Program-made: the position numbers and the translations under genes
Assembly: GCA_040954595.2 (NCBI GenBank)
Contig: CM082582.2
Coordinates: forward strand, 3,270,303-3,334,302
Source of the DNA: Balanoglossus misakiensis
Taxonomy: Eukaryota > Animalia > Hemichordata
Direction of reading: 5' to 3'
DNA length: 64,000 bases
Notes under the pieces: model-generated
Seen by the model: the letters and a program-made list of their open reading frames with translations, nothing else
Database searches by the model: none
What the model was told of the DNA's origin: nothing
Shown: positions 63,001 to 64,000 of the stretch, in pieces
How positions within the stretch are numbered: position 1 is the stretch's first letter
Layout of the letters: each line of letters opens with the position of its first letter

Positions 63001-64000
63001 TTAAAATGAACATTTTCTGAAAGCACCTGTGTTTTATCTAGAGAAAAAAAACATTTGCAAACCCAGTGGGAACTTACTTGAATCGGGCGCCATGAATCGA
63101 GCGAGCAAATCATCCCGTGTTCCGGCCGTGGAAAGGTTCCTATTTTCAAGGTCCATTCTCAGCTGAACATTGTCCAGGCTTTCTGGCCTCACACATTTAA
63201 ATGAATCCTTTGCAATCTTGTGGTCAAATAATTGTATAGTATGCTTTGTTACTATTAGATTTGTCATTACAATATATAACTTCGTGGAAGTCTGCCTCTG
63301 TGTTTAATAAGTCCGGATTAAACCCCATGAGGTTTTGCAGGTACCCTATGTTGCTGACGGCCAGACTAAAAGTGTTACTGCTGTAGTTTTTCACCTTCCA
63401 ATAGACATGATATCATATGTCAGTGCCGTACTGTACAATACAGTGTACAAAACTCGAATAACATACATCCTTAACCTTCTGTTGTGGCTTAAAACGTCAG
63501 TGTTCATAATTCAATATACCATATCACTGACCTTTAAATCTTGGACCATTTTCTCCAGGTTAGCCTTCTCTTCATCCATACCGTTGTCTTCCAGATACTG
63601 GTACACATCGCTGAGTAAGATGTTTTGGACTTGGAAGTTAGGGTCGGGTCCCAGTTCGTCTGCTACCGGGATGTTGAGCGACTCCATATTAACTGTGGGT
63701 AATGTAATATTTTACATTTCATGTAGTAAAATGTTGACAAAAGCACACATCAACATATTGCTTACTTTATAGTAGACTAGGTTTGTAACTATGTATAAAG
63801 TAAATATTGGAAAAAACTTTACGGGCCTTATTCTTGTATAAGTAAGGTATATATTGCTGTGTATCGCCATCAAAACCCTTTCAAAATGTTCAGCAAAATA
63901 CAAAAGTATCTCCGAACAACTTGGTGAGATGCATTTGGCTCCTTGCAGTTACCATACTTTGTAACCTTTAAATCAATACGCGGTATCACGCTGTGTTTAC
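33181..64000 (-). CDS. Giant multi-exon type-I membrane protein (5' end outside the window): SAP-like motif, Cys-rich module, PAN/Apple, many FN3-like repeats, cadherin-like repeats, EGF, TM, cytoplasmic tail
   Basis: Roughly 60 GT-AG exons on the minus strand. Recurrent repeat DTTPP..G.V.DG...D..FQ.....A.W.GF.D.ESGI..Y...IGT..G..D (e.g. 53973-54191, 50599-50991, 48641-48853, 46006-46332); PAN exon 57025-57339; large exon 35870-36985 (cadherin-like + EGF); TM exon 35312-35484 ([28 protein letters not shown]); predicted last exon 33181-33228. Confidence 0.88.
35546..35620. mobile_element. 75-bp palindromic mini-MITE with 9-bp flanking direct repeat
   Basis: TAGTCTAGTATCTAGCC...GGCTAGATACTAGACTA with inner GTCCGCTT/AAGCGGAC; flanks GTTTAGCGG / GTTTGGCGG. 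Confidence 0.75.
38858..39092. repeat. Compound (CATA)n/(CGTA)n/(CAGA)n microsatellite
   Basis: Direct observation; intronic. Confidence 0.97.
48931..49580 (+). mobile_element. Non-autonomous Helentron-like (HINE/DINE-1-type) element with internal ~146-bp tandem repeats
   Basis: Starts TTTTTAGCTC...GAGCT (subterminal IR), followed by GTCCGTCCGGCGTCCGTC and ~3.8 copies of a ~146-bp unit starting at ~49021, 49166, 49312, 49458; 3' end not evident. Confidence 0.7.
49675..49738. repeat. (TATG)n microsatellite
   Basis: Direct observation. Confidence 0.95.
60322..60380. repeat. Short inverted repeat / MITE remnant
   Basis: AGCTAGGGAGTCT ... AGACTCCCTAGCT, 13-bp perfect arms; intronic. Confidence 0.65.

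Overview
Eukaryotic (intron-rich, AT-rich, metazoan) genomic DNA; gene content and repeat types suggest a marine invertebrate, possibly a non-vertebrate deuterostome (inference only). Left to right: (1) a nephrin-like type-I receptor gene (+, ~1949-11089; 7 Ig + FN3 + TM) whose cytoplasmic tail, missed by the ORF track, ends in two ITIM-type motifs; (2) a second Ig-superfamily receptor gene (+, ~13178-20513; 9 Ig + TM) with four tandem 258-nt exons and a decayed fifth copy; (3) a 48-bp minisatellite; (4) a decayed BEL/Pao pol fragment; (5) a near-intact ~5.9-kb tyrosine-recombinase (DIRS-type) retrotransposon (-, 24417-30285) with gag, RT-RNaseH-methyltransferase and an ALOG-domain recombinase; (6) a 5'-truncated, nonsense-disrupted CFAP99-like pseudogene; (7) the 3' 31 kb of a giant multi-exon type-I membrane protein gene (-) with SAP-like, Cys-rich, PAN/Apple, many FN3-like, cadherin-like, EGF and TM modules. 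The most striking observation is in the retrotransposon. Its gag, pol and recombinase ORFs are each preceded by a phase-0 splice acceptor matching a single phase-0 donor on an 83-codon leader exon. A GC-rich inverted repeat brackets the pol acceptor, and the element has only short terminal inverted repeats. All exon structures are manual predictions from splice signals and reading-frame continuity.
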